From: Bacteroidales bacterium
Lineage (GTDB): Bacteria > Bacteroidota > Bacteroidia > Bacteroidales > Bacteroidaceae
Direction: 5' to 3'
NCBI GenBank assembly: GCA_015060835.1
Contig: SUXT01000001.1
Coordinates: 5,277-69,276 of the forward strand
DNA: 64,000 nucleotides
Shown piece by piece: positions 45,405 to 54,975 of the stretch; within the stretch, counting starts at the first letter, position 1; every line of letters starts with the position of its first letter. The notes below the pieces were generated by a model that ran no database searches, was not told where the DNA came from, and worked only from the letters and a program-made list of their open reading frames with translations. The position numbers and the translations under genes were made by a program.

Positions 45405-48400
45405 ATGAATAAATTTGAATTTGGAATGAAAGCCGTACAACAAGATGGTTTAAACGGCGATTTTAAAATATACGATAGCAATTTGGGTGGCAATTATAAC
45501 CCCTATAATTCAACCTATTTCGATAGAGAGGAAAACAGAGTAGTTTGTCCAGATAATGGAAGGATAACATCTATACCTTCACCTTATGCTCGTATGCATA
45601 TAACAGACCTTGCATTTAGGGAAGCAAACAGTGGTAGTGCAAATGGTGAGCCGCCCATAGCTCTGTCTCTTGATTATAATATAGCATTGTCCCATTGTCT
45701 GGATATTTTCGAGATGTTGTTTTATTCAGATGCAGAAGACTTGGAAGAAAAGGGTGTTTCGGTAGAAAAGATAGATCTTGTAAGAACCAATACTACAAAT
45801 GTAGAGGAAAAGGCATTATTGAATGCTAACCCTAAACTTAAAGCGTATATTTCAACGTTGGATTTATATCGCGATGAATATGTGAGCGTTTTGGATCACA
45901 TCAGAAATGACAAACATGTAAATCAATATTTGTTTGATTTTAATTCGTTGTATCTGTTTAAATATAAAGGAAAGGTTTTTGCGTCAACATCGCCGCTTAC
46001 CGGATTCTTTGCTACAGCCAATTGTAACATAGGGGATCTGGTGATTAACGGTAACAATATTCTTAGCTCAAATCCTAATCATATAAGAGAAATTGGACAG
46101 CGCACATCAGAATTCCGTGAATTCATGTACTCTTTGTTGTTTCATACAGGTTTGTGTCATATATTTAAGAATTTGTTTATATATGTAAAGAATAGCTTGG
46201 ACGCAAATCAAATAGCAACCATAGACCAGAACCCGTTCCAAAATCAAAGGCAATACCTTAAGTTTAACATTGGCGGGCAACATTTGCTTCAAGTTAAAGA
46301 TAATCTGTATATCAGACCGGGCGGAATAGATTGTTCATATTTGAAATATTATCTTTATCTTGCCCCTCCTGTTGATTTTGCAATAACGGAACAGGATTAT
46401 GCTACAAAATTAAATGAACGCCAATTTAACGGTCAGTTGGTTTCGTGGTATGGTGTAAATGATATTTTGTCAGATGCGCTATTTGTTTTGACGTATGATA
46501 TAAATGACAATTATGTATCGGTGCCATACGTAGATATAAATAAAGATTGTAAGGCATACAAACGTTGTCTTTTACCAATAAAACGAGGAGCTCTTGACTT
46601 CTTTACAGTAGACGAGTTGTGTAACGGTTTGAGAATAGAGAAAAGGGATCATAGTAAATATGTAGCAACCCTTAAAATAACTTTGTTGAATGGTGGAACT
46701 ATAACATTGCGTCGTGAGTACACAGCCGGTGATGCTTGCTATCCTAATGGCAAGGTATTCCAAGGTGATGATATGAAGCCTTTTGCATTCGGTATTTATC
46801 CGTTTGTGAAGTCTACTCAATTTGCCAATATGTACAAAGTGTTATTCTATAATCATTTTGATAAATATTCACTTAAATTTTATAAAAAGGATGCAAATGG
46901 TATAAATCCATTGCTTGAAACAGAAACGAAAGTAAATAAGACTAATAACATCCATAACCAAGAATTTGGTGTCAATTGCGAGTATCACGACATCAATATA
47001 CAAACGAATATCCTTGAGTTTGCCGAAATTGAAGTTTCAGGATTAACATCGCTTATTATTCCCAATCTGCGCATGGTCGGGGAAGCCAATGATGGCGCAA
47101 GTATTGCAGTTGATCATAATACAGAAGTTACTGTGGCTATAGACTTGGGTACATCCAATACTTACGTTGCATATAGTCGCAGGCCTTTCGGTGGCGGTAC
47201 CATAGCTGAAAAAGATATTATTCCCATTTCGACGCATCATAGCGGTAATGTCGAATGGAATGAACTTACATTCATGAATAAAAAGTGTGAACAAGCAGAT
47301 TTGGCAACAGCACCGGAAAAGAATAGGGAAGATTTGTATTTGCGGGTAAGTGATTTCGATAATAAGCCCGTAGATACATGGCTATCTTCTCAGTTGAACG
47401 AATTTATTCCTTCACGCATTGATCCAAACGGTGATAATTATAGTTTCCCAATTCCGACTGTTATAAATTTCTTGCGCAGGAATTGTGGTCGCCCTCAATT
47501 CGATCCTAATGCCCAAGAATCTCCGTTGATAGATTTTGCTATACCTTTTGCATATTATGAGAGAGGTATAAGAACCGGAGGAAGTGGTGCGAATGTATAT
47601 GATTTGATAAGCAATGGAAGCGACTTTAAATGGTATGAAAAGCGCAATAATAAGGGTACTCTCGTTAAAAATGAAGTATTCGAGGCGGCTTTCAAGGCTT
47701 TCTTGTCTGAATTGATGTTCATCGTCCGTTGTCACTTGATTTGCAGTGGGCATGATTTGACGCTATGCAAAATAATCTGGTCGTATCCGTTATCATTCTC
47801 GAGTTCATTGCGTGATGAATACGATAGAGCGTGGAAAGAGGCATACAAAAAATATATTAACCCAACAGTCGCCAATAATATTGATGATTATGTTAAGTAT
47901 ACAAATGAATCCCGTTCTCCTATCTATGCGTGTATAAATAATCCGGGAGCTATAAACCATTTGACAGTTTTGTTGGATATTGGTGGTGGCTCAACCGATG
48001 TAATAGGATACAAAAATAATAATGTCCAATTCGTTACTTCATTCGGTTTTGCCGGCAACGCCTTGTATTTGGCATCAGGTATGAATACAGTCTCAGAAGG
48101 AGATCAAATGGACGGTACATTACTAAAGAGGTTTGTTATAAAACAGAGAATTTTCAGTGGTATAGGTTCCAACCCCAATTCTGCCGAAATGGAGGAGAAA
48201 AAAATCAGTACTTCTGATTCTATATGCACTCTTATGAATTATGGTTTCGCTAAGGCAGAATATGATTTTGTGAAGATTTTTCAAAATGATTCAGCGCAAT
48301 TTATGTTGCAACTGCATAATGCAGCCATAATATATCATGTGGCTCAGTTGTGCAAAATTTATTCTCCTGATGAACTTCCTGATACAATATATCTGACCGG

Positions 48401-48938
48401 TAATGGCTCTAAACAATTTGAACTTAATATAGCCAAGGATTCTATGATAAGAAACATCTTCGCTGCTGTTTATGAAGATAGAACAATAAATGAAATTGAC
48501 AAAATAAATATATGCAGCAATCCTAAACCTAAGGCAGCAACTGTAAATGGTGCATTGTTGGGCTTGAGTCAAGGTACATTGGCTACAAACAGGGAGTCTG
48601 CTACTAATAGAGTGGTAATGCTTGGTGATTGCGCCCACTCTTATAGAGTTGACCCGATTGTTGATTATGCCGTTGTTGATAATAAAGACGGTTACAAGGA
48701 AGCTGTTAAGGAAAATGTCAATAAGTTCTTTGAATACTTCTATGATAAGGTATATACAACAGCAAGTCCTGTAAGAACTATAGAACATGTGAAGGAGGCT
48801 ATTGACTATGTATCTGGCGATCCGAAATTGAATCTACCTGATAATGGTATTATTTCAGATTCGTTCTTCTTCCAATACATAGCTTTGGTTATGCAGAAAT
48901 TGTCAATGGACTTGGTTAAAGCAGGTTATGCCAAGTAA
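45405..48938 (+). CDS. Large soluble protein: unassigned roughly 560-aa N-region plus C-terminal Hsp70/actin-fold ATPase domain
   Basis: 1177 aa. VTVAIDLGTSNTYVAY (phosphate-1), IIWSYPLSF, LTVLLDIGGGSTDVIGY (phosphate-2), TIYLTGNGSKQF and ATVNGALLG (adenosine region) are present. I saw no TM segment. Confidence 0.75.
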   Translation: MNKFEFGMKAVQQDGLNGDFKIYDSNLGGNYNPYNSTYFDREENRVVCPDNGRITSIPSPYARMHITDLAFREANSGSANGEPPIALSLDYNIALSHCLDIFEMLFYSDAEDLEEKGVSVEKIDLVRTNTTNVEEKALLNANPKLKAYISTLDLYRDEYVSVLDHIRNDKHVNQYLFDFNSLYLFKYKGKVFASTSPLTGFFATANCNIGDLVINGNNILSSNPNHIREIGQRTSEFREFMYSLLFHTGLCHIFKNLFIYVKNSLDANQIATIDQNPFQNQRQYLKFNIGGQHLLQVKDNLYIRPGGIDCSYLKYYLYLAPPVDFAITEQDYATKLNERQFNGQLVSWYGVNDILSDALFVLTYDINDNYVSVPYVDINKDCKAYKRCLLPIKRGALDFFTVDELCNGLRIEKRDHSKYVATLKITLLNGGTITLRREYTAGDACYPNGKVFQGDDMKPFAFGIYPFVKSTQFANMYKVLFYNHFDKYSLKFYKKDANGINPLLETETKVNKTNNIHNQEFGVNCEYHDINIQTNILEFAEIEVSGLTSLIIPNLRMVGEANDGASIAVDHNTEVTVAIDLGTSNTYVAYSRRPFGGGTIAEKDIIPISTHHSGNVEWNELTFMNKKCEQADLATAPEKNREDLYLRVSDFDNKPVDTWLSSQLNEFIPSRIDPNGDNYSFPIPTVINFLRRNCGRPQFDPNAQESPLIDFAIPFAYYERGIRTGGSGANVYDLISNGSDFKWYEKRNNKGTLVKNEVFEAAFKAFLSELMFIVRCHLICSGHDLTLCKIIWSYPLSFSSSLRDEYDRAWKEAYKKYINPTVANNIDDYVKYTNESRSPIYACINNPGAINHLTVLLDIGGGSTDVIGYKNNNVQFVTSFGFAGNALYLASGMNTVSEGDQMDGTLLKRFVIKQRIFSGIGSNPNSAEMEEKKISTSDSICTLMNYGFAKAEYDFVKIFQNDSAQFMLQLHNAAIIYHVAQLCKIYSPDELPDTIYLTGNGSKQFELNIAKDSMIRNIFAAVYEDRTINEIDKINICSNPKPKAATVNGALLGLSQGTLATNRESATNRVVMLGDCAHSYRVDPIVDYAVVDNKDGYKEAVKENVNKFFEYFYDKVYTTASPVRTIEHVKEAIDYVSGDPKLNLPDNGIISDSFFFQYIALVMQKLSMDLVKAGYAK

Positions 48939-48946
48939 TAATATAT

Positions 48947-48988
48947 ATATCAGACTTTGATACTGTGAATGGTATCAAAGTCTGATAT
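48947..48988 (+). terminator. Perfect 17-bp stem hairpin inside the island gene array (terminator, attenuator or processing site)
   Basis: atatcagactttgatac-tgtgaatg-gtatcaaagtctgatat lies 9 nt after the stop at 48938 and 14 nt before the ATG at 49002. No clear T-run follows. Confidence 0.5.
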
Positions 48989-49001
48989 GAAATAACAAAT
49001 T

Positions 49002-49628
49002 ATGGGAATGTTTATTAATGAGAATGAAACTGCAGAAAAGCAATTTAGAGATATTGATAAAACTCTGAATGGCTTGTTTGATAGAATTGATTCGGTTGAG
49101 GAGAAACTTGAAACTTTAAAGCTTGTGTTGGGCAAACTGTCTGACAGTTTGCAAGAGATGTCGTTATCTATAAAAACGGCATTAAATCAAGCGTGTGATG
49201 TAAATGAGAGTATAGAGACATCATGCACAATTCCTGCTTCTGAAGAAAAAGAGCCAATACACGAATGTGCCCCTGAAGAGAAAGTCGGTGCAGACGTAAA
49301 AGTCGAAAGTGAGTTTGAAATACGCTTTTTGGGTGCACCTTCGGGTAGTGGTTTTGAAGTGATGAACGAAAGAACCGAAAAAAGTATTTCTACCTTATAT
49401 ATACTTGAAATTGACAGAGCCAATAAGATAGCATATTTCTATCCTAATAAAGAAAATATTGCCAAACTTGTATATGATAAGCCGCATAATCTTGAACCCG
49501 TATGCGACATTGAAGGGGTGGTTGATTCTTTGTGTGACTTGTATATAAGTAAAGATGATTATGGTGTTTTGCATCTTGAAGCTCCGGATTATTGGAAAGT
49601 TCAAAAAAAATGTCTTATTAAATGTTAG
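49002..49628 (+). CDS. Hypothetical protein, N-terminal coiled coil
   Basis: 208 aa. It has a heptad-like N-terminus (LFDRIDSVEEKLETLKLVLGKL), an acidic linker and a small C-terminal domain. Confidence 0.6.
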   Translation: MGMFINENETAEKQFRDIDKTLNGLFDRIDSVEEKLETLKLVLGKLSDSLQEMSLSIKTALNQACDVNESIETSCTIPASEEKEPIHECAPEEKVGADVKVESEFEIRFLGAPSGSGFEVMNERTEKSISTLYILEIDRANKIAYFYPNKENIAKLVYDKPHNLEPVCDIEGVVDSLCDLYISKDDYGVLHLEAPDYWKVQKKCLIKC

Positions 49629-49632
49629 TTGA

Positions 49633-50712
49633 ATGAAGAAAATATTAATTTACATTTGTGTTCTTATTTTGGTGGTAGTTATGATCTGGCCGGAGCAGAA
49701 TCTGAAAATAGCTTCTGTAGTGGATGGTAATACCGTAGAATTGAATAATGGAACAACTGTGCATCTTATAGGTGTTAATAGTACTAACGAAGGTAAAATC
49801 GAACTGGAGGGATTGATGGGAAAAAGTTTGTTGTTGGTTCCCGATAAAACTGCATTCTTTAATCCCGATCTTATTGACAAAACCTCTACGGTATATGCTT
49901 ACGCTGTTGTTGAAGATGACAATGTGTGCATAAACGCATCGTTACTCAAAAATCGCTATTCTAATCTCGAAGAGAACTCATATTTGAATGATAGTCTGAA
50001 TTCATTCAGAAAATATGCCGAGTCAGGGCGAAGAGCTTTGACACCTGAGCCTACCCCAACTCCTAAACCAGTCATAGATTATCAGGAGGAGGAGATATAT
50101 CTCGATCCGTATATACCATCTTCTGAACGCAAGCATAGTGCATGGTATAATGATGGAAGTATGAATTTGGAGATGCTTGAGGAGGCTTGTGACTTTAATT
50201 TGCCATATACAAAAAAATTTGCAAATGAACTTGCTGCACGTTCACCTGGTAGCTTCAATCCAGGACAGATATGTGAAATTTTTGCATATTGCTATAAGAA
50301 ATGGAGTTATGTCAACGATCCCGCAGATGTTGAATATGTCGCTCGTGCATCAGAAACAATTCATGGTTCATTAATTGGTGATTGCGACGATTACGCAGTT
50401 TTGATGGCGTCATGTATACTTGCAGTTGGAGGTCGCGCTTGTATAAACACTGGTTATAATTCCAGTGGTGGACATGCTTTTACCGAGGTTGATATATCCA
50501 ATTTTGATGAAAATGAAGTCTATAGTGTTATATGTAAATATTTCCCTGAGTATAATATACAAAATCTGAATTACAGAATAGACGGACAACACAAGTGGTT
50601 GAATCTGGATTGGCAAACTCAATATCCCGGAGGTAAATATTATGATTGTTCTTATAAGTGGGACAGTTATCCTTATGAAAAAGGCAAGTGGGTTTGGAAA
50701 AAATTGAGATAA
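49633..50712 (+). CDS. Membrane-anchored/exported protein: SNase-like OB-fold (catalytic residues apparently not conserved) plus transglutaminase-like cysteine protease domain
   Basis: 359 aa. N-terminal hydrophobic segment ILIYICVLILVVVMIW. VVDGNTVELNNGTTVHLIGVNS resembles the thermonuclease DGDT...RL.GIDAPE strand pattern without the Arg/Asp/Glu. GDCDDYAVLMASCILAVGGRA ... GGHAFTEVD fits the transglutaminase-core Cys/His arrangement. Confidence 0.6.
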   Translation: MKKILIYICVLILVVVMIWPEQNLKIASVVDGNTVELNNGTTVHLIGVNSTNEGKIELEGLMGKSLLLVPDKTAFFNPDLIDKTSTVYAYAVVEDDNVCINASLLKNRYSNLEENSYLNDSLNSFRKYAESGRRALTPEPTPTPKPVIDYQEEEIYLDPYIPSSERKHSAWYNDGSMNLEMLEEACDFNLPYTKKFANELAARSPGSFNPGQICEIFAYCYKKWSYVNDPADVEYVARASETIHGSLIGDCDDYAVLMASCILAVGGRACINTGYNSSGGHAFTEVDISNFDENEVYSVICKYFPEYNIQNLNYRIDGQHKWLNLDWQTQYPGGKYYDCSYKWDSYPYEKGKWVWKKLR

Positions 50713-50794
50713 TAAGAAACTGTTTGAATTTTCTTGAAAGAAAACTATATTTGCGATGTTCATTTCGGCTTATTTAACGGAGTTTTTCTCCTTC

Positions 50795-50834
50795 AAACCT
50801 CAGCCATACAAGTTTGCTTGTATGGCTGAGGTTT
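50795..50834 (+). terminator. Terminator-like hairpin closing the island operon
   Basis: aaacctcagccatacaag-tttg-cttgtatggctgaggttt, a perfect stem of about 18 bp, lies 83 nt after the stop at 50712. Confidence 0.65.
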
Positions 50835-51022
50835 GGCGTCGATTGAGTCTATTTAATGTCATTAAAGTTGCTTTTACTCGTTTTGCAATTTGTGAAAAAG
50901 TTCACATTGCGCTCGCTTAATCACAGCTTTTGGCATCTTTTCTTTCTTATTTTTTGGAAATAGCCCGCTATTCCCTGCAAAATGTGAAAGAAAATCTACT
51001 CAAAATAGCTCTCAAATAATTC

Positions 51023-51095
51023 CGAAAGATAGTGCAAGCCGAGAGAAGAATATCAAGTTTACTTGAATATTATTCCGAGGCGCAGCCTATCTTAT
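51023..51095 (+). repeat. Copy of the palindromic intergenic repeat family
   Basis: cgaaagatagtgcaagccgagagaagaatatcaagtttacttgaatattattccgaggcgcagcctatcttatg aligns with unit 2 of the array at 35527-35602. Confidence 0.7.
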
Positions 51096-51228
51096 GAAAA
51101 TAAAATTCAAACAGCTTCTTATAATCAAGGATGACACGTAATAAGAAATGTTAAAATCATTATTGCGGGGTTACTAATTTTACAAATCATACATAAATAC
51201 ATAAATTGTTAAACCAAATTAATGTACT

Positions 51229-52266
51229 ATGAATTTTATGAGAAAAATTGTTTCGTTTGGATTACTTGTCGTATCTGCAATGTTTTTTATGGCAGCTGTC
51301 CCGTTTTCTAAATGCGGAGTAAAAAAGAATTATGCAAAGATAGAACGTTTGACAAATAATGACTCTGTATATTTTGTTCCCCATGAAATAAAGAAGACAG
51401 ATGTTGTCGATTTATTAAAAAGAGAGACATTATATAATATAACAGAAACATTTGCCCCCTTGCATTATGCAGATGCAGTATTTTTGGATTCCGTAGTATT
51501 GAGTACATTGGCATCCAAACCATTGGAATGTACAAAAACATGGAGATATAAGACTATAGATGCTTTGTATTACTCTCCGGATGTGTATGTAGAAGGATTT
51601 GTTAAAACAAGTAAGGGGTTGAGTCCTCGTTATTGCTTGTATATAGATACTAAATCGAGAAAAGCACACATTACTTTGCTTAAAAATGACAAAGTTTATA
51701 CATCTGATGTATATTCGCAACAGGATTCTGTAAATATTGATGCGGTAATAGAAATTTTTAAAAACTATTCAATAAAGAGTGATATGAAGGAAACAAAACA
51801 AGAAGATGTTCTTTTCCCGCCATCTCCCGACAAAAATAGTTCCACATATTTAAAAGATAAAACTTCGGAGTATATATTTAATGCTATTAAGAATTGGGAA
51901 TTATCAAGCGTGATGTTGATTGATCCTATGGGTAACAAGGGAAAACTGATGCATGGTTTTACTATATTTGAATCATGCGACCGTATTTCTACTGAAAATT
52001 CAAAGAGAATAAAGGATATTCTTGTGGCTTCATCGAGTTATAAACAAAGTGATGTCGTTAAAAATTCAACATTCTTACCCGATTATGCGTGTCGTTTTTC
52101 CAAGGATGGTGAATATGTAGATGTTCTTGTTGCTTTATATTGTGATGATATTAAAATATATCATAAGGATAAAGAGTACACATTGGATATATCTCCCTCA
52201 CATAAAGCGTTTGCGAACTATATCCAAACGATATTCCCTAATGATAAATACATAAAAAAATATTGA
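51229..52266 (+). CDS. Exported hypothetical protein
   Basis: 345 aa. N-terminal hydrophobic segment IVSFGLLVVSAMFFMAAV. I recognise no motif. Confidence 0.6.
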   Translation: MNFMRKIVSFGLLVVSAMFFMAAVPFSKCGVKKNYAKIERLTNNDSVYFVPHEIKKTDVVDLLKRETLYNITETFAPLHYADAVFLDSVVLSTLASKPLECTKTWRYKTIDALYYSPDVYVEGFVKTSKGLSPRYCLYIDTKSRKAHITLLKNDKVYTSDVYSQQDSVNIDAVIEIFKNYSIKSDMKETKQEDVLFPPSPDKNSSTYLKDKTSEYIFNAIKNWELSSVMLIDPMGNKGKLMHGFTIFESCDRISTENSKRIKDILVASSSYKQSDVVKNSTFLPDYACRFSKDGEYVDVLVALYCDDIKIYHKDKEYTLDISPSHKAFANYIQTIFPNDKYIKKY

Positions 52267-52268
52267 TT

Positions 52269-53033
52269 ATGTTGCGAAAATACATTGTTTTGGCCTTATT
52301 GGTGTTTAGTATACCATCGTGTTATTCTCAAAAGCTTCATGCGTTGTTCTATGTAAACGAACAGGAACAGGGTCGTGAGGTGGATAGAAGAGCCGATATG
52401 AAGAATATGTACAATTTTTGGGGTGATGTTGCCAATAATATTGGTTACAAATATTCTCCTGTCAAGTGTACGCCGAATACATTTACAGCAAGTAATATAA
52501 ATTCGAAGATTAACGGATTGAATGTAGAACGGAATGACATTGTTGTATTTTATTATAGTGGGCACGGGTATAACGATGAGTCGGATATTTGGCCGACTTT
52601 GAATCTGTTGGACAAAAATTATAGGCAAATTGACATAATGAAGAAACTGAAAAATGTCTCTCGTAATGCTAAGTTGGTATTGTGTATTGCTGATTGCTGC
52701 AACAAGCAGTTGACATCTGCTTATGATTTTACAGCGTCGTATGATGCTATGGATGATAATGATAATGCTCTGAAAAATCTCTTTACAGGTTTTAAAGGGA
52801 AAAAATCGATAATGATGTCTGCCAGCAAGCAAGGACAATATTCCTGGAGTCATTTGCAGTATGGGGCTTACTATGGAAATTGTTTTAGGCAAGTTCTTTC
52901 CCGCTTGTCTACAACACATCCAACTTGGGATGTAGTGCTCAATGATATATCAAAATTGACATTAAAATATACGGAAGGTAGACAAAAGCCTCAGTTTAAT
53001 ATTACTCAATCTGGAGACCCTTTTGAAGATTAA
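52269..53033 (+). CDS. Caspase-like (peptidase C14 fold) lipoprotein
   Basis: The ATG at 52269 is preferred over the TTG at 52263. Lipobox FSIPSC. His-Cys dyad context VVFYYSGHGY and LVLCIADCCN. Confidence 0.7.
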   Translation: MLRKYIVLALLVFSIPSCYSQKLHALFYVNEQEQGREVDRRADMKNMYNFWGDVANNIGYKYSPVKCTPNTFTASNINSKINGLNVERNDIVVFYYSGHGYNDESDIWPTLNLLDKNYRQIDIMKKLKNVSRNAKLVLCIADCCNKQLTSAYDFTASYDAMDDNDNALKNLFTGFKGKKSIMMSASKQGQYSWSHLQYGAYYGNCFRQVLSRLSTTHPTWDVVLNDISKLTLKYTEGRQKPQFNITQSGDPFED

Positions 53034-53036
53034 TAT

Positions 53037-54929
53037 ATGATTGTGATTAAGATGGACCGTATAAAATATAATCTAATTCTTTGTTTGTTTTTGTGTGTAG
53101 CATTCTGTAGTGGTGTTTACGCTCAAAGCAAAACATTGCACTTTATTTATTTTGCAGATACAAACGATTCTGAAGTCGGAAAAAGCTCGGAAGAGGCAAA
53201 TAGGTATTTTATAAATAATTTTATACCTATGGTTAAACAGAATACAACTTTGAACGTGAAAACATATTGTTTCTATGGGCAGGATTTCCAAAAGAATAAA
53301 CTGAATAGTGTTATTAATGATTTGCAAACAAACAGCAATGATGCTATATTCTTTTATTATACAGGTCATGGATTTAATCAGGACAGTAATGACTTTCCCA
53401 CGTTGACGTTAGGTTTGCGAGGAGATGCTTTATCTTCGAGAACAAAACCCTTGTTGGATATTTATAATACGTTAAGAGGCAAACCGCATCGCTTGTTAAT
53501 GGTAATAGCAGAAGCTTGTAATGCGGTATATGGAAGTAGATCAAATGCAGGAAACTACACTGGAAGTTATGATGCTTTTGAGGGCGATAATACAAAATTA
53601 CAAACTTTATTTGCGGAATCAAGCGGCGATTATTTGATGTCAAGTAGCAAAAAGGGGCAAAGATCATTCTGTCCGACCGGCGGATTGGGATATTTTACAA
53701 GAGGATTCAAGGATGCATTAGATGAAAGAACAAGTAGCTTTTCTGTGTCCTCATTTTTAAATAAAATAGCCATTAATACAACAAAATATGCTGGCGATTA
53801 CGCTGCGGAAGAACAGCATCCTCAATGGTTGTCAGGAGTGTATTCTGATGGTAAGTCTAAAAAACCAAGTTTGACTCCTTCGGGAAGCACAAAAAAGGCA
53901 TCCGGTGAATTTGATGATGTCAATATCGAAACATCGGGCGAGAATCTTGTTGTTAAGGTTACTTTTTCCATAAGTAATATGAAAGACAAGGATGGAAGAG
54001 TAGTGTGCTATTTTTATGATGCTGATGGCAATGAATTGAAAGATTTGAACTCTTTATATACAACTACTGATGGTTATGTCTCTGTCGGTAAAGATATAAA
54101 ACCTAGTTATGAGAATTCTACTTATACCGATTTGGAGGTTACTATTCCAAAATCAGAACTGCATCAGAGTGGCGTAAATGCAAGAATTTTGAAAGTACAA
54201 GTTCTTGTGTGGGATAAATCCAAATCGGAATCAACTGAGTTGTTTAGAAGTGGGTATGAGTCTTTTAGTTTTATTCCAAGTGAATCATATTTGAAAATAG
54301 ATGGTACAACGTCTGATAAAACTGTGCAATTTGGAGAAAACGGCGGAGAGGAGACCTTTGATGTAAATACCAGCGCTGATTCATTTGAAACTTGGGGTGT
54401 GCCTTCATGGTGTAAAATATCAAAAAAGACATCAACTTCGTTTACATTGGTTTGCGAATCGAATCCTAACTCAGATGATAGGTCGGATTATATGAAAGTT
54501 AAAGCTGCGGGAAAAGAAATCAGAATTGACATTTCACAGGATGCAAACAGTGGCCCCTCTGCCGAAATTGAAAACATTTGGGTTGACCATAATCAAATGA
54601 ATGGTTGGTATAAAGGAATGTGTATCCATGTAAAGTTTTCAATAAATGGAATGAAAGGTAGGCGTTGTAATGTTATTGCTGCATTTTATTACGGTGATAA
54701 TTCTACTCCTTTGAGAAATCAATATGGTGGTAATCTTACATACAATGCTTATGGAAATGTAAACCATGATCCTGGGCGTTACGATGATTTTACTTTATTC
54801 GTGCCGTATTCAGGCTTGTATTTAGTAGGTTCCGGAATGGCTAATTTTTCTTTTGACATAATAATCAATGACGATAGCGGAAATAAATTGGCAAGACATA
54901 ATAATATACAATTTACATACTGTCAGTAA
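53037..54929 (+). CDS. Exported caspase-like domain protein with C-terminal beta-sandwich and BACON-like domains
   Basis: 630 aa with a signal peptide. IFFYYTGHGF and LLMVIAEACNA form the His/Cys dyad. A later segment GGEETFDVNTSADSFETWGVPSWCKISKKTSTSFTLVCESNPNSDDRSDYMKVKAAGKEIRIDISQ resembles BACON. Confidence 0.7.
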   Translation: MIVIKMDRIKYNLILCLFLCVAFCSGVYAQSKTLHFIYFADTNDSEVGKSSEEANRYFINNFIPMVKQNTTLNVKTYCFYGQDFQKNKLNSVINDLQTNSNDAIFFYYTGHGFNQDSNDFPTLTLGLRGDALSSRTKPLLDIYNTLRGKPHRLLMVIAEACNAVYGSRSNAGNYTGSYDAFEGDNTKLQTLFAESSGDYLMSSSKKGQRSFCPTGGLGYFTRGFKDALDERTSSFSVSSFLNKIAINTTKYAGDYAAEEQHPQWLSGVYSDGKSKKPSLTPSGSTKKASGEFDDVNIETSGENLVVKVTFSISNMKDKDGRVVCYFYDADGNELKDLNSLYTTTDGYVSVGKDIKPSYENSTYTDLEVTIPKSELHQSGVNARILKVQVLVWDKSKSESTELFRSGYESFSFIPSESYLKIDGTTSDKTVQFGENGGEETFDVNTSADSFETWGVPSWCKISKKTSTSFTLVCESNPNSDDRSDYMKVKAAGKEIRIDISQDANSGPSAEIENIWVDHNQMNGWYKGMCIHVKFSINGMKGRRCNVIAAFYYGDNSTPLRNQYGGNLTYNAYGNVNHDPGRYDDFTLFVPYSGLYLVGSGMANFSFDIIINDDSGNKLARHNNIQFTYCQ

Positions 54930-54975
54930 GGTGTTTTTGTAGTAGGATGTTCAATAAATAACAAGTAATAGGAAG

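Noticed and set aside
35921-48938. Reading the Hsp70-fold proteins as ordinary DnaK/HscA-type chaperones.
   Set aside because: They have no substrate-binding domain or lid. They are very large, with TM or unassigned regions. No dnaJ or grpE is adjacent, and they sit in an AT-rich accessory operon.
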